Shown here: piece by piece, positions 30,995 to 40,376 of the stretch
Numbering within the stretch: position 1 is the stretch's first letter
How the letters are laid out: every line of letters starts with the position of its first letter
Assembly: GCA_031393555.1 (NCBI GenBank)
Contig: JANMVW010000334.1
Location: 1-58,727, forward strand
Direction: 5' to 3'
DNA from: Acidobacteriota bacterium
Lineage (GTDB): Bacteria; Acidobacteriota; Polarisedimenticolia; Polarisedimenticolales; DASRJG01
Length of the DNA: 58,727 nt
Made by a program: the position numbers and the translations under genes
Notes under the pieces: generated by a model
What the model saw: only the letters and a program-made list of their open reading frames with translations
Database searches by the model: none
Told to the model about the DNA's origin: nothing

Positions 30995-32481
30995 GGAACC
31001 ACCGCAACCGCGCCGGTCGACCCGTCGAGAATTCGCAAAGCGCCGTCCGGCGCCGCGGCGAGACAGATCGGTCGAGACACGCCGCATGCGCCAAGCGGTA
31101 GCGTATCGCTCACCTCCCCAGAAGGGGTGAGCCGCGTCACCGTTTCCGCTTTTTCGTCGAGCACCGAAACCCTCCCCGCCGCATCGACAGCCAGCGCGAT
31201 GGGACGTCGAAACGTCATCGTCCCGAACCCCGATCCAGCTCCTGGGCCCGAGAGGATGACGATCCGTCCCGACTTCTCTTCGGCGGCGAGCACCCGCCCG
31301 CCAGCGACCACGAGCGCGGAAACACCTGAGCCCTTGCTTTCCCGAACGACGATCGAGGCGGGTGCTCCGGGAATCCAGCGCTCCACGCGGTCCCCCCTCC
31401 TATCGGCTATCCAAATGGCTCCTGAGGCGTCGACCGCGATCGCCACGGGGGCGGCCAGACGTCCCAAGGCCAGGACCGCCTTGAATCCGGCGGCGTCCCA
31501 GCGGAGGAGCGTATCCTTCGTGGCGACGAAAACCCGACCGTAAGGGTCCGTCGTAACCGCCGTGGCATCAGCGACCGCCACGGGTGGAGCACCGATCCCC
31601 TTGGCATCGAACGGCTTAAGGAGGTCGCTCTTGCGATCGAACACAAGAATTCCCGCGCCGGCCGCCGTCGCGAGGAGGCTCGCCCCTCGCGTCGTCGGGA
31701 TGACGGCTAGCGGCGAGGCCCTTGCAGCCCACCGGCGCTCCGGAACCCTCTGGCGCAGCACTTCGCGAAGAGCGAGTTCGCGCAATGCCTCCACTTGGAT
31801 GCCGGGGGGGGCGCCGGTTTCAGCCGCCTCCTGGAACCAACCCGCGGCGACGCCGAACTCCCCCATGGCGAGCAGGGCCCGCCCGAAACCGGCGCGCGCG
31901 CGCGGCGCCACATCGCTTTCCGGCCGCTCCACGACGATGCGCGCGAACGCTGCGCCCGCTCGTTCCGTTGCGCCCGCCTGTTCGTCGAGGACGCCCAGGG
32001 CGTAACGCGCCGCGACGACCCAGCGTTCGCGCGACGGAATGGCGGCGAGCGCGATCAGATCCTGCCTGGCTCGAGCCGCATCGCGTCCGGGAATCGGCGC
32101 TATGCGAATCAGAGCTAGTCGATAGCGCGCTTCTAGCTGGCGATCGCCGTCTGCGTAGTACGCAACGACCTTCTGGAGAGGGACAACCGCCGCGGCGGCT
32201 CGCGCGCCCTCCAGAGTTGCGACGTCTTCGGGCCACTCGGGCAGTCCCGAAATACACGCAAGATCGACAAGCGCATCGTCCGCATAAGGCCCAGTGGGAG
32301 CGAGCGCCACAACCCTCAAAAAGGCTGAAGCGGCGTCCGGCGACCGCTCGGCGGAAAGACGCTGAGCGAGACGGTACTCCCGCTCGGCTGCTGCGGCGTC
32401 GGGGACGTCCTGCGCCACGACCGCCGAACCGAACGCGAGCGCCGCAGCGAACCACGCGGCGCCATGCACGGAAGCTCTCAT
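30991..32481 (-). CDS. secreted TPR-like + NHL/beta-propeller repeat protein
   Basis: ATG 32481 (MRASVHGAAWFAAALAFGSAVVAQ, a signal peptide) has an ATGA overlap with the kinase stop. C-terminal NHL-like repeats: PVAIAVDASGAIWIADRRGDRVERW, PIALAVDAAGRVSVLDEKAETVTRL. Confidence 0.6.
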   Translation of the reverse strand: MRASVHGAAWFAAALAFGSAVVAQDVPDAAAAEREYRLAQRLSAERSPDAASAFLRVVALAPTGPYADDALVDLACISGLPEWPEDVATLEGARAAAAVVPLQKVVAYYADGDRQLEARYRLALIRIAPIPGRDAARARQDLIALAAIPSRERWVVAARYALGVLDEQAGATERAGAAFARIVVERPESDVAPRARAGFGRALLAMGEFGVAAGWFQEAAETGAPPGIQVEALRELALREVLRQRVPERRWAARASPLAVIPTTRGASLLATAAGAGILVFDRKSDLLKPFDAKGIGAPPVAVADATAVTTDPYGRVFVATKDTLLRWDAAGFKAVLALGRLAAPVAIAVDASGAIWIADRRGDRVERWIPGAPASIVVRESKGSGVSALVVAGGRVLAAEEKSGRIVILSGPGAGSGFGTMTFRRPIALAVDAAGRVSVLDEKAETVTRLTPSGEVSDTLPLGACGVSRPICLAAAPDGALRILDGSTGAVAVVP

Positions 32482-34355
32482 CTGCCGGACCGGCCAAACG
32501 AAACGCGAACCGGGGCGTTCGTTCCCGGCGCCAAGTTGATGTCCTGCTCGCGAGATTCGCCCGAAACAGACGATTCGACGCGAAGGACGTACCGACCGGC
32601 AGCTACTTCGTGACGAAGGGGTGCCTCGCCAACCTGCCGCCACGCCGCTCCTGGGCGTTTCAACGAGACGCGGCAATTGGGAGGAAACGTCTGCACGACA
32701 AGACTCGCGAGGGCCGGGATGACGATCACTGGGGTCGTGGAGCCGCCCGCCGGCACATCCAGCGTGAACGCGACGTCGACGAACCGCTCCTCGTTCGTAG
32801 CGCGGAGTTCATGCGATCCCGCCGGGACCTCGAGGCCTTCGGGTCGACGTTCCACGAGCTTGCCATCAACGAAGAACTGGGTGGGCAGGCGCGTTGCTGG
32901 GAGGAGGATCCGGCCGGTCGGGATCGCCTCGAGCTTGAGCGCACCGGCGGCTCTGCGCGCATCGAAAGGCGTCGCTTTCGCGCGGATCGTGACGCTCGAG
33001 GTACGGAAGCCCTCGGCCCGGACCTCAATCGTGTTGTCGCGACAAAGGTCCAACTCGGTCGTCGCCGGCGCTGGCCCCGCGTCCTGGCCGTTGACGGTGA
33101 CGCGCGCCCCGGGAACGTCTGGATCGACCGTGACCGCCGCCCTCGCAGGATCGACGACCATAACGATTTCAGCCCCAGCGTCGGCGGCTTCAACGCGGTG
33201 CTTCGCCTCTCGGCAGCCATCGTTCACCGTGAGAACTTCGAACGGACCCCCTGCGGGAAACTGGATCACGTCGCTCGCAAGAGGCGCTCCGTTGACTTGC
33301 ACCGGTAGTCCTGCCGGTTCCGTCCGGACGCGTGTCGTCAGCATGGCGACCTTCGGTGGCGCGAATGGACCCGCGTGCAAGAGGAAAGCCGTGACGATGC
33401 CTCCGAGGGCCAGGGCGATCACGACGATCCACGGAACGAGAACTCGCCTGCCTTGCGCCATCGGGATGCGCTGCGGAGGTGGCGCCAACTGTCGCGCCGC
33501 CGACGCGCTCGCCCGCACGGTTGCGGGACGGGCAGCGGCACCGGCCCGCCGCAGCCCTTCCGCAAACTCCGCTCCGTTCCGAAACCGGTCCTCGGGAGAC
33601 TTCGCCAGCGCGCGCTCGAGAAACGTCGCGAGCGAGTGGGGAATCCGCTCGAGCCGAAGCGGATCCGCCTTCGGAGCCTCGTGCACGATGCGGTAGAGAA
33701 CTGAGGACATTGAGTCGCCACCGAACGGCTTAACCCCCGTCAGCATTTCGTAGCAGACGACGCCCAGAGAGAAAAGGTCAGTGCGCCCATCCAGCGGATC
33801 GCCTCTCACCTGCTCCGGCGACATGTAGTTCGGCGTGCCGAAAAGCGCGCCGTCGTGGGTCATCGAGGTCGCCGGGTTCTTGGCGAGACCAAAGTCCATG
33901 ATCTTCACGGCGCGATCGCCCACGCGCATGAGATTCGCCGGCTTGATGTCGCGGTGAACAATGCCATGCTCATGGGCAAAACCGAGCGCTTCGGCCGCCG
34001 CTGCCACAAGTTCGACGACGGCGGGCACCGGGAGGAGCGCCTCTTCCCGGCAAACTGCGTCCAACGTTTGACCTTCGACGAACTCCATCGCGAGGTAAGG
34101 CACGCCGTCCGCCTCGCCGACGTCGAAAATCGTCACGATCCCCGGGTGGAGCAGTTTTCCAGCCGATCTCGCTTCGCGGAGGAAACGCTCGCGAGACTGG
34201 GCGCGCTCCGCCTCGGGGAGCGAGGCGAAGATCTGAATGGTCTTGATCGCAACGCGCCTCTCGATCGTCGGATCGAAGGCCAGGAAGACGCGGCCCATCG
34301 CACCACGCCCCAGCTCTTTATCGATGCGGTAACGTCCGAGGCTATCGACCTGCAT
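32478..34355 (-). CDS. Hanks-type Ser/Thr protein kinase with TM segment and extracytoplasmic PEGA-like repeats
   Basis: Kinase motifs: GRGAMGRVFLA, VAIK, HRDIKPANLM, DFGLA, GTPNYMSPE. A TM segment follows (VLVPWIVVIALALGGIVTAFLL), then PEGA-like modules (VRTEPAGLPVQVNG). Confidence 0.9.
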   Translation of the reverse strand: MQVDSLGRYRIDKELGRGAMGRVFLAFDPTIERRVAIKTIQIFASLPEAERAQSRERFLREARSAGKLLHPGIVTIFDVGEADGVPYLAMEFVEGQTLDAVCREEALLPVPAVVELVAAAAEALGFAHEHGIVHRDIKPANLMRVGDRAVKIMDFGLAKNPATSMTHDGALFGTPNYMSPEQVRGDPLDGRTDLFSLGVVCYEMLTGVKPFGGDSMSSVLYRIVHEAPKADPLRLERIPHSLATFLERALAKSPEDRFRNGAEFAEGLRRAGAAARPATVRASASAARQLAPPPQRIPMAQGRRVLVPWIVVIALALGGIVTAFLLHAGPFAPPKVAMLTTRVRTEPAGLPVQVNGAPLASDVIQFPAGGPFEVLTVNDGCREAKHRVEAADAGAEIVMVVDPARAAVTVDPDVPGARVTVNGQDAGPAPATTELDLCRDNTIEVRAEGFRTSSVTIRAKATPFDARRAAGALKLEAIPTGRILLPATRLPTQFFVDGKLVERRPEGLEVPAGSHELRATNEERFVDVAFTLDVPAGGSTTPVIVIPALASLVVQTFPPNCRVSLKRPGAAWRQVGEAPLRHEVAAGRYVLRVESSVSGESREQDINLAPGTNAPVRVSFGRSGR

Positions 34356-34422
34356 CGGCGAGCGGCACCTTGGCGTCGTGGTTGAGCAGCCGATCTAACT
34401 TAGTTCGACCACCCTGGCGAAG

Positions 34423-35469
34423 TCAATTCCGGAGAAGTAATGGCAACAGATCCATTCTTGGGTCAACCGGAATGGTGGGGTCGTCACCCGCGGGCATGAC
34501 ACCGATCTTCTGGGGAAGCGCGCAGCGGACGATCCCTGCTCGCGTTTTCTTGTCGCGGCTCATGGCTCGGACCAGTCGCCCCGGATCGATCCCTCTGGGC
34601 GGGCGCACCGGGAGGCCCAAGGCCGCAAGGAGCGCTTCGATCCGATCGGCGTGCGCACGCGGCATTCCCGTGACGCGCACAGCCAGCCGCGCCTCCGCGA
34701 CGACACCGATCGCCACCGCTTCCCCATGCGAAACATGGTAGTCGGTCGCCGCCTCGATCGCGTGAGCGACGGTGTGACCAAAATTCAAGACCGTGCGGCG
34801 GCCCGCCTCTCGCTCGTCGGAAACGACCACCCGCCCCTTCAGTATGAGGCACCTCCGGACGATCCGCTCAATGGATCGCTCGTCGCGCGCCACGAGGCGC
34901 GAGACGTCCGCTTCCAGTTCACGGAAGAGGCCCGCATCGAGCGCGGCGGCCGTTTTGACGGCTTCGGCAAGCCCCGCGCGGTAGGTGCGTGCCGGGAGAG
35001 TCCGCAACGCCCTCACGTCGGCCCACAGCGAGACCGGCTGGTGAAAGGCGCCGACGAGGTTCTTTCCGGCGGGAAGATCGACAGCGGTCTTGCCCCCGAG
35101 CGCGGCATCCACCATGGCGAGCAAACTCGTAGGTATGGCGATGAGGGGAACGCCGCGATGCCAGGTGGCGGCCAGGAACCCGGCCAGATCTCCGGTCACG
35201 CCGCCGCCGAGCGCCACAACCACCGTGTCCCGTCCGGCGCCACGGTTCAGGAGCCGGTCCTCGAGCAAAGCCTTGGTCTCTCTCGTTTTGAAGCGTTCGC
35301 CGGCGGGGAAAGTGAGGAGCGTCGCCCGCACACCCCGCATCGTGAGCAGGCGAACGAAACTCCGACCATGGAGGCGAGCCACGCGGGCGTCCGACACGAC
35401 CACCTGGAGATACTCGGGAAACGTCCTCACGAGACAAGCGGCAGCAAGGGCCATTGCGCCGGAGGCCAC
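34423..35469 (-). CDS. aroB: 3-dehydroquinate synthase
   Basis: Motifs: GGGVTGDLAGFLAATWHRGVPLIAIPTSLLAMVDAALGGKTAVD, NLVGAFHQP and NFGHTVAHAIE. The start is GTG 35469 or ATG 35454. Confidence 0.9.
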   Translation of the reverse strand: MASGAMALAAACLVRTFPEYLQVVVSDARVARLHGRSFVRLLTMRGVRATLLTFPAGERFKTRETKALLEDRLLNRGAGRDTVVVALGGGVTGDLAGFLAATWHRGVPLIAIPTSLLAMVDAALGGKTAVDLPAGKNLVGAFHQPVSLWADVRALRTLPARTYRAGLAEAVKTAAALDAGLFRELEADVSRLVARDERSIERIVRRCLILKGRVVVSDEREAGRRTVLNFGHTVAHAIEAATDYHVSHGEAVAIGVVAEARLAVRVTGMPRAHADRIEALLAALGLPVRPPRGIDPGRLVRAMSRDKKTRAGIVRCALPQKIGVMPAGDDPTIPVDPRMDLLPLLLRN

Positions 35470-35543
35470 GACAACGGACGTCGACCACGCGGGAGCGGAC
35501 CGCGCCTCAACGCGAAAGCGATACGCCCGCTCGTGGGGAGGGA

Positions 35544-36143
35544 TCAGTTCGGTGGCGTTTCCGAACTCGAGCCCAGGCGCTCGAGGTCGGCCAGGTAGTC
35601 CTCGACGAGCCGGCGCTGCGTGGCGTCGTCGAGGTTTCTTCCCATGAGCTTGCCGGCCGCCTGGATCGCGAGGTCGGCGGCCTCTCCCTTCAGCCCCGCC
35701 CGGGCCTGACGGAGCCCTGCGTCGATCTGCGCCTCGCCCTGCTTGATCAAAAGCTCTCGCTGCTTGCGGGCGTCGTCGAGGATTTCGGCCTTGAGCCGTT
35801 CGGCATCTCGACGCCCCGCCTCGACCGCCTCGGCCCGTTCCTTGCGAGCGAGGATCAGCATCGCTCGATTCTCTTCGAGGATCCGCTGGGCTTCCTCACG
35901 CTCGCGTTGCGCGCCCTCGATGGCGTCTCGGATCCCGGTCTCTCGCGCCTCGACCGCCCCAAGCAGCGGCTTCCAGGCAAAGCGTCCGAGCAAGAACGAG
36001 AGAATGAGAAACGTCACGACCGTCCAGAAAATCGTTCCGAACTGGGGCTGAATGAGCAGGCTACTGCTGTTCCCACCCTCGGCCGCTTGCGCGGACGTCG
36101 AGGCCAGGAGAAACGAAGCCACAGGAAAAACCAGTCGGCGCAT
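35544..36143 (-). CDS. atpF: F0F1 ATP synthase subunit b
   Basis: 199 aa from ATG 36143. A signal/TM segment (IFWTVVTFLILSFLLGRFAWKPL) is followed by a long charged helix. Its position after atpE supports the call. Confidence 0.85.
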   Translation of the reverse strand: MRRLVFPVASFLLASTSAQAAEGGNSSSLLIQPQFGTIFWTVVTFLILSFLLGRFAWKPLLGAVEARETGIRDAIEGAQREREEAQRILEENRAMLILARKERAEAVEAGRRDAERLKAEILDDARKQRELLIKQGEAQIDAGLRQARAGLKGEAADLAIQAAGKLMGRNLDDATQRRLVEDYLADLERLGSSSETPPN

Positions 36144-36157
36144 GGCGCCCTCCCGCG

Positions 36158-36394
36158 CTACTTGAACGCCATGATGATGCAGATGACGAGTGCGAACAGT
36201 CCCGCGCCCTCGATAAACCCGGCGGCAATCAACATGGCGAGCTGAATCGTTCCCGCCGCTTGCGGCTGGCGCGCCATGCCTTCGAGAGCGGCGGCCGCGA
36301 GACGGCCGATGCCCAAACCCACGCCGATCAAAGCGAGCCCTGCGCCAAGACCCGCCCCGAGGTACGCCAGTCCCGTTCCAGAAATTGCTTCCAT
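36158..36394 (-). CDS. atpE: F0F1 ATP synthase subunit c
   Basis: 78 aa: MEAISGTGLAYLGAGLGAGLALIGVGLGIGRLAAAALEGMARQPQAAG...AAGFIEGAGLFALV. It has the ARQP loop and a carboxylate-bearing second helix. Confidence 0.93.
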   Translation of the reverse strand: MEAISGTGLAYLGAGLGAGLALIGVGLGIGRLAAAALEGMARQPQAAGTIQLAMLIAAGFIEGAGLFALVICIIMAFK

Positions 36395-36426
36395 GATCCC
36401 GATCCTCCTTTTCGTTCTCGTCGGAC

Positions 36427-37281
36427 TCAGTGCGAAGGGTGCACGGCCAGACCGATGAACAACGACGACAGTACCGTGAAGATGAATGCCTGGAGAAAAC
36501 AAACGAGGATCTCCAGGACGTAGACGAACAACGCAAATGGAATCGACATGCCCGCAACGAACACCGATTTGAGTACGAAGATCAACGAAATGAGGCTCAA
36601 GATGACGACGTGACCGGCGGTCATGTTCGCGAAAAGACGGATGGCGAGCGCGAAGGGTCGCGAGAGCATGCTGATGATCTCGACAACGAGGATCACGGGG
36701 ACAATCGCGATCGGCAGGCCGTGGGGGACCAGGTTCTTATAGTGGCCAACGACTCCGAAGTTGCGGATTCCGCCAGCCTGGCTGACGACGAATGTAAAGA
36801 CCGCGAGAGTGGCGGTCACGCTGATGCTGCTCGTCGGAGTTGAAAATCCAGGAACGAGGCCAAGCAGATTGCAGGCCAAAATGAAAAAAAAGACCGTCAG
36901 GAGATAGCTCACGTAACGGTCGGCGTACTTGCGGTCGATCGTCTTTCGAGCGATGTCGTCTCGGACGAAAAGCATCATGGCTTCGAGCGCACCCCGCAAC
37001 CCCGTGGGTACCGGGCGCTTCGCCCGTCGCGCTGCGGAGATAAAGAGCGTGAGGAGGATGGCCGACGCGATCCACATCATGACGACGTTTCGCGTGATCG
37101 ACAGGTCCTGCTCGACGACCTTCAACCGCGGGAGCGGGATCTCGATCGAGGTGAACGGGACCTCGACGACGTTGGAGTCGAGGATGTGATGCATGATGTG
37201 CTCGCCGGGGTTGAATGCCCCGGATCCATCGTGCGCGGCGGCGACGGCTCCCTCTGCCGGGTCGGTCGCTGGAGCGTTCAT
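36427..37281 (-). CDS. atpB: F0F1 ATP synthase subunit a
   Basis: Multi-TM protein with the conserved RLFANMTAGH (essential Arg). ATG 37281 has an ATGA overlap with the upstream stop. GTG 37290 is an alternative start. Confidence 0.9.
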   Translation of the reverse strand: MNAPATDPAEGAVAAAHDGSGAFNPGEHIMHHILDSNVVEVPFTSIEIPLPRLKVVEQDLSITRNVVMMWIASAILLTLFISAARRAKRPVPTGLRGALEAMMLFVRDDIARKTIDRKYADRYVSYLLTVFFFILACNLLGLVPGFSTPTSSISVTATLAVFTFVVSQAGGIRNFGVVGHYKNLVPHGLPIAIVPVILVVEIISMLSRPFALAIRLFANMTAGHVVILSLISLIFVLKSVFVAGMSIPFALFVYVLEILVCFLQAFIFTVLSSLFIGLAVHPSH

Positions 37282-37685
37282 CTCAGCCACTCGGCGTGGG
37301 GCCTCACGGCCTGCGCGCGCCGCGCGAACCAGATCATCTCAAAAACCGTCACGGGAACGAATCCGACCGCCAACCCGGCGAGCGCGCCCTTCAGAGTTCC
37401 CGAACCCTGGCTCGCGGCACCCACGACGATGAGGATCAAGAGGACCGTGCGCATGAGCAGCCCCAGCCCGAGCCCGAGCACGAACGAGACGCCGGCCCTC
37501 CCGTGCTCGTGCGCCAGCCAAGCTCCCGTCGCGATGAGCGGTAGGGCCATCGCCGCGAATCCCCCCATCGCCCAACTTGAGGTGACGCTCGCTGCGCCCC
37601 TCAACCCCAGGATCAGAGCGGCAGCCGCGAACATCGCGGAGATCGTTGCTCCGCTCGCAAAGTCCAACGTCGCCGACCGTCTCAC
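37278..37685 (-). CDS. atpI: ATP synthase protein I-like small membrane protein
   Basis: About 135 aa with 4 hydrophobic segments, directly upstream of atpB. GTG 37685 has a GTGA overlap with the AtpZ stop. Assigned by position and topology only. Confidence 0.55.
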   Translation of the reverse strand: MRRSATLDFASGATISAMFAAAALILGLRGAASVTSSWAMGGFAAMALPLIATGAWLAHEHGRAGVSFVLGLGLGLLMRTVLLILIVVGAASQGSGTLKGALAGLAVGFVPVTVFEMIWFARRAQAVRPHAEWLR

Positions 37686-37927
37686 GACTTCCTGTCCCCC
37701 GAAGCGCCGGGCGGCAGGCCGCGCCGGAAAAGGTTCATCATTCCCGCGACCGCACCCAAGACAGCCCCCACCAGCAACAGCCAAGGCTCAGTCCCGAATC
37801 GCCGATCCAGCCAACGCCCCCCAAATACGCCAACGAGCAACGGCGCCACGAGCTCAACGCCTACCCCCACAAACCGAATTGGCGCGGGTCCCTCGGGGCG
37901 CGGCCCACCGTCATACTGCCCGGTCAC
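37682..37927 (-). CDS. AtpZ/AtpI-family small membrane protein
   Basis: 81 aa with two TM helices (VGVGVELVAPLLVGVFGGRWLD...PWLLLVGAVLGAVAGMMNLF), typical of the AtpZ family that leads atp operons. Confidence 0.65.
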   Translation of the reverse strand: MTGQYDGGPRPEGPAPIRFVGVGVELVAPLLVGVFGGRWLDRRFGTEPWLLLVGAVLGAVAGMMNLFRRGLPPGASGDRKS

Positions 37928-37973
37928 GGTCCAAGCACAGGGCGGTTGACTCTAGCAGACCGGCACGTTTTCA

Positions 37974-39587
37974 TCACCGCGAATCGGACCCCATCGTCGG
38001 CCCGGGCTGCAGAGTCCGGGCGACGGCGGGACGTGGCATCAGGCCTGCAACACCGGACGGATACTCGTAGCTCTTCTCGACCTGTTGCACGAGCCGAGTC
38101 ACGGGCTCGTCCAGGATACGAAAAAACGGCCCGGGGTGAATCCCGATCCAAAACGAGAGCACGACCAGCGGAACCAGATATGCAAACTCACGAGCACCGA
38201 GGTCGGTCAGTTGACGGTTCTCGTCCCTGTCGAGCACGCCGAACATCGTTCTCTGATAGAGCCAGAGCATGTATGTCGCGCCGAGGACGAGGCCTGTTGC
38301 CCCCAGGACTGCCCAGAACTTGGACTTAAGGCCGAACACGCCGACGAGGATCATCCACTCCCCCGTGAATCCGTTGCCCGGAATGAGCGGCATGCCGATC
38401 GAGGAAAGGGTCATTACCATGAAGATCACGGCAAACCACGGCATGACTTTGGCCAGGCCCCCGTACTCCTCCAGCTGACGGGTGTGGCGGCGTTCGTAAA
38501 CCACGCCGACCAAGAGGAACAGTGCCCCCGTCGAGAGGCCGTGATTGAGCATCTGGAGCACGCCGCCCGTCAACCCCTGGAAGTTCAGCGCGAAGACCCC
38601 GAGCATGCAGAAGCCGAGGTGGCTGATCGACGAATACGCGACGAGTTTCTTCCAGTCCTTCTGCACCAAAGCCACCGCGGCGCCATAGATCACGCCGATA
38701 ACGCATAGCGTGAGGACGTACGGCGCGAAGCGACGCGTGGCGTCCGGAAGCATCGGAAGGCTGAACCGCAAGAAGCCATAGATCCCCATCTTGAGGAGCA
38801 CGCCCGCGAGAATGACGGATCCGGCCGTGGGCGCCTCGACGTGCGCGTCAGGGAGCCAGGTGTGGAACGGGAACATCGGAACCTTGATCGCAAACCCGAT
38901 AAAAAACGCCAGCCAGACCCAAACCTGCAACGCCATCCAATCAGGCCACGTACCCATAGCCTGCAGGACGCGAATATCGAAGGTCGAGACGCCCGTGAGC
39001 GCCGCATGGTGTGAGTAAAGGGCGATGATCCCGATGAGCATCAGTACGGAACCCAGAAGCGTAAAGAGAAAAAACTTGACGGAGGCGTAGATACGGCGCG
39101 GACCACCCCAAATTCCGATCAGGAAGTACATCGGGATCAGCATGACCTCCCAGAAGACGTAGAACAGAAACGTGTCGAGGCTGACGAAAACGCCGACCAT
39201 CCCGGATTGGAGGATCAAGAGGTAGGCGTAGTACTGGTTCTCGCGCTGATGAACCGCAGACCACGAAGACAGAATCGCGAGAAAGCCGAGCACCGTGGTC
39301 AGAAGCACGAGCAGCATCGAGATACCGTCGACCCCGACGATGTAGCGCACGCCGAGCGTCGCAATCCAGGGCACGTCGACGACGAATCGGAAACCGTAGG
39401 GATCCGAGGGAGCTGCCGCCCAACCGAACCAGAGCGGGAGACTCGCGAGCAGGTCGAGTCCGGCGATCAGCGTCGCCGTTTTCGCGACGCGCCCAGGTCG
39501 GTTTCTCGGAAGCAGCAAACAGATGATCGCGCCGACGAGCGGAAGGTAGGCGATCACGTTGAGAAGCTGACTACCGAACGGGTTCAT
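37974..39587 (-). CDS. nuoM: NADH-quinone oxidoreductase subunit M-like (complex I subunit 4 / Mrp antiporter-like family), stand-alone
   Basis: 537 aa with about 14 TM segments. NuoM-type motifs: FVFWEVMLIPMYFLIGIWGG, FHTWLPDAHVEAPTAGSVILAGVLLKMG, VAYSSISHLGF. No other nuo genes are in the window. Confidence 0.85.
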   Translation of the reverse strand: MNPFGSQLLNVIAYLPLVGAIICLLLPRNRPGRVAKTATLIAGLDLLASLPLWFGWAAAPSDPYGFRFVVDVPWIATLGVRYIVGVDGISMLLVLLTTVLGFLAILSSWSAVHQRENQYYAYLLILQSGMVGVFVSLDTFLFYVFWEVMLIPMYFLIGIWGGPRRIYASVKFFLFTLLGSVLMLIGIIALYSHHAALTGVSTFDIRVLQAMGTWPDWMALQVWVWLAFFIGFAIKVPMFPFHTWLPDAHVEAPTAGSVILAGVLLKMGIYGFLRFSLPMLPDATRRFAPYVLTLCVIGVIYGAAVALVQKDWKKLVAYSSISHLGFCMLGVFALNFQGLTGGVLQMLNHGLSTGALFLLVGVVYERRHTRQLEEYGGLAKVMPWFAVIFMVMTLSSIGMPLIPGNGFTGEWMILVGVFGLKSKFWAVLGATGLVLGATYMLWLYQRTMFGVLDRDENRQLTDLGAREFAYLVPLVVLSFWIGIHPGPFFRILDEPVTRLVQQVEKSYEYPSGVAGLMPRPAVARTLQPGPTMGSDSR

Positions 39588-39679
39588 CCCGCTTCATACT
39601 CCACTCCGAAAACGCGGCTTGCGCTCGAAGCGAGTGAACCTATCACAGCGTCTGTCCCGCGGTAAAGGCGAGTGGAGGA

Positions 39680-40345
39680 CTAGGCGGAGACCTTCTCTTG
39701 GAGGGCGGTCAACACATCCCAAACCCGATCGCTGTAGGCGAGCGGGATACGACCGTTCGCGTCGCGCCGGGCCTCGACCAACGTCGGACCCGAGCAGTAC
39801 GCGGCCAGGGCAGCGTCTTGATCTCCGAATCGATCGATCAAGCGGCGGAGGTAAGCACAGCCAAGCAGCACGTTGAGGTCCGGGTCGAACAGGAGGTCGT
39901 CTCCGGTCCACTCCAGGCCAAGAGCCATCGCGAGATCGCGAGCGGTCGGGCCCTGGAGCTGCATGAGGCCGATCGCACCCTGCGCCGACACGGCGGTCGG
40001 GTCGAAACGGCTCTCGACCTGGATGACAGCGAGCACCAGCAACGGATCCAGGTGGAAACGCCGCGCGTAGCGGTCCACGATCGGGACCACAGATTCCGCC
40101 TGGAGCGGGCTGACCCCCGGGAAAAAGCGTTGCGATCCGTCAACCACCCGGCGGGACCAGTCGAGCGGAAGGCTCTTCGTGGTCACGGGGGTCTCCCGCG
40201 TCTGAAGGACCGGCGTTTCCGGGGAGACCACCGGGCGGGCGAACAGCCCCGCAACGACGATCCAACTCACCACGGAGAGCACGGCCACGGTTCGAATGAT
40301 CCAGCGCATGTCGGGAGGGTACGAGCTAGCTTCGGCGGGAGTCAA
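39680..40345 (-). CDS. lytic transglycosylase (SLT domain)
   Basis: N-terminal TM segment, then VIQVESRFDPTAVSAQGAIGLMQL...AYLRRLIDRFGDQDAALAAYCSGP (catalytic Glu in the ES motif). Confidence 0.85.
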   Translation of the reverse strand: MTPAEASSYPPDMRWIIRTVAVLSVVSWIVVAGLFARPVVSPETPVLQTRETPVTTKSLPLDWSRRVVDGSQRFFPGVSPLQAESVVPIVDRYARRFHLDPLLVLAVIQVESRFDPTAVSAQGAIGLMQLQGPTARDLAMALGLEWTGDDLLFDPDLNVLLGCAYLRRLIDRFGDQDAALAAYCSGPTLVEARRDANGRIPLAYSDRVWDVLTALQEKVSA

Positions 40346-40376
40346 CTAGCGAAGACGGAGAATTCATACATTACTT

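Noticed and set aside
30209-33308. Plus-strand ORFs of 444 aa and 528 aa, plus other overlapping ORFs.
   Set aside because: They are antisense to the PEGA/PDZ, NHL and kinase genes and have junk-like composition.
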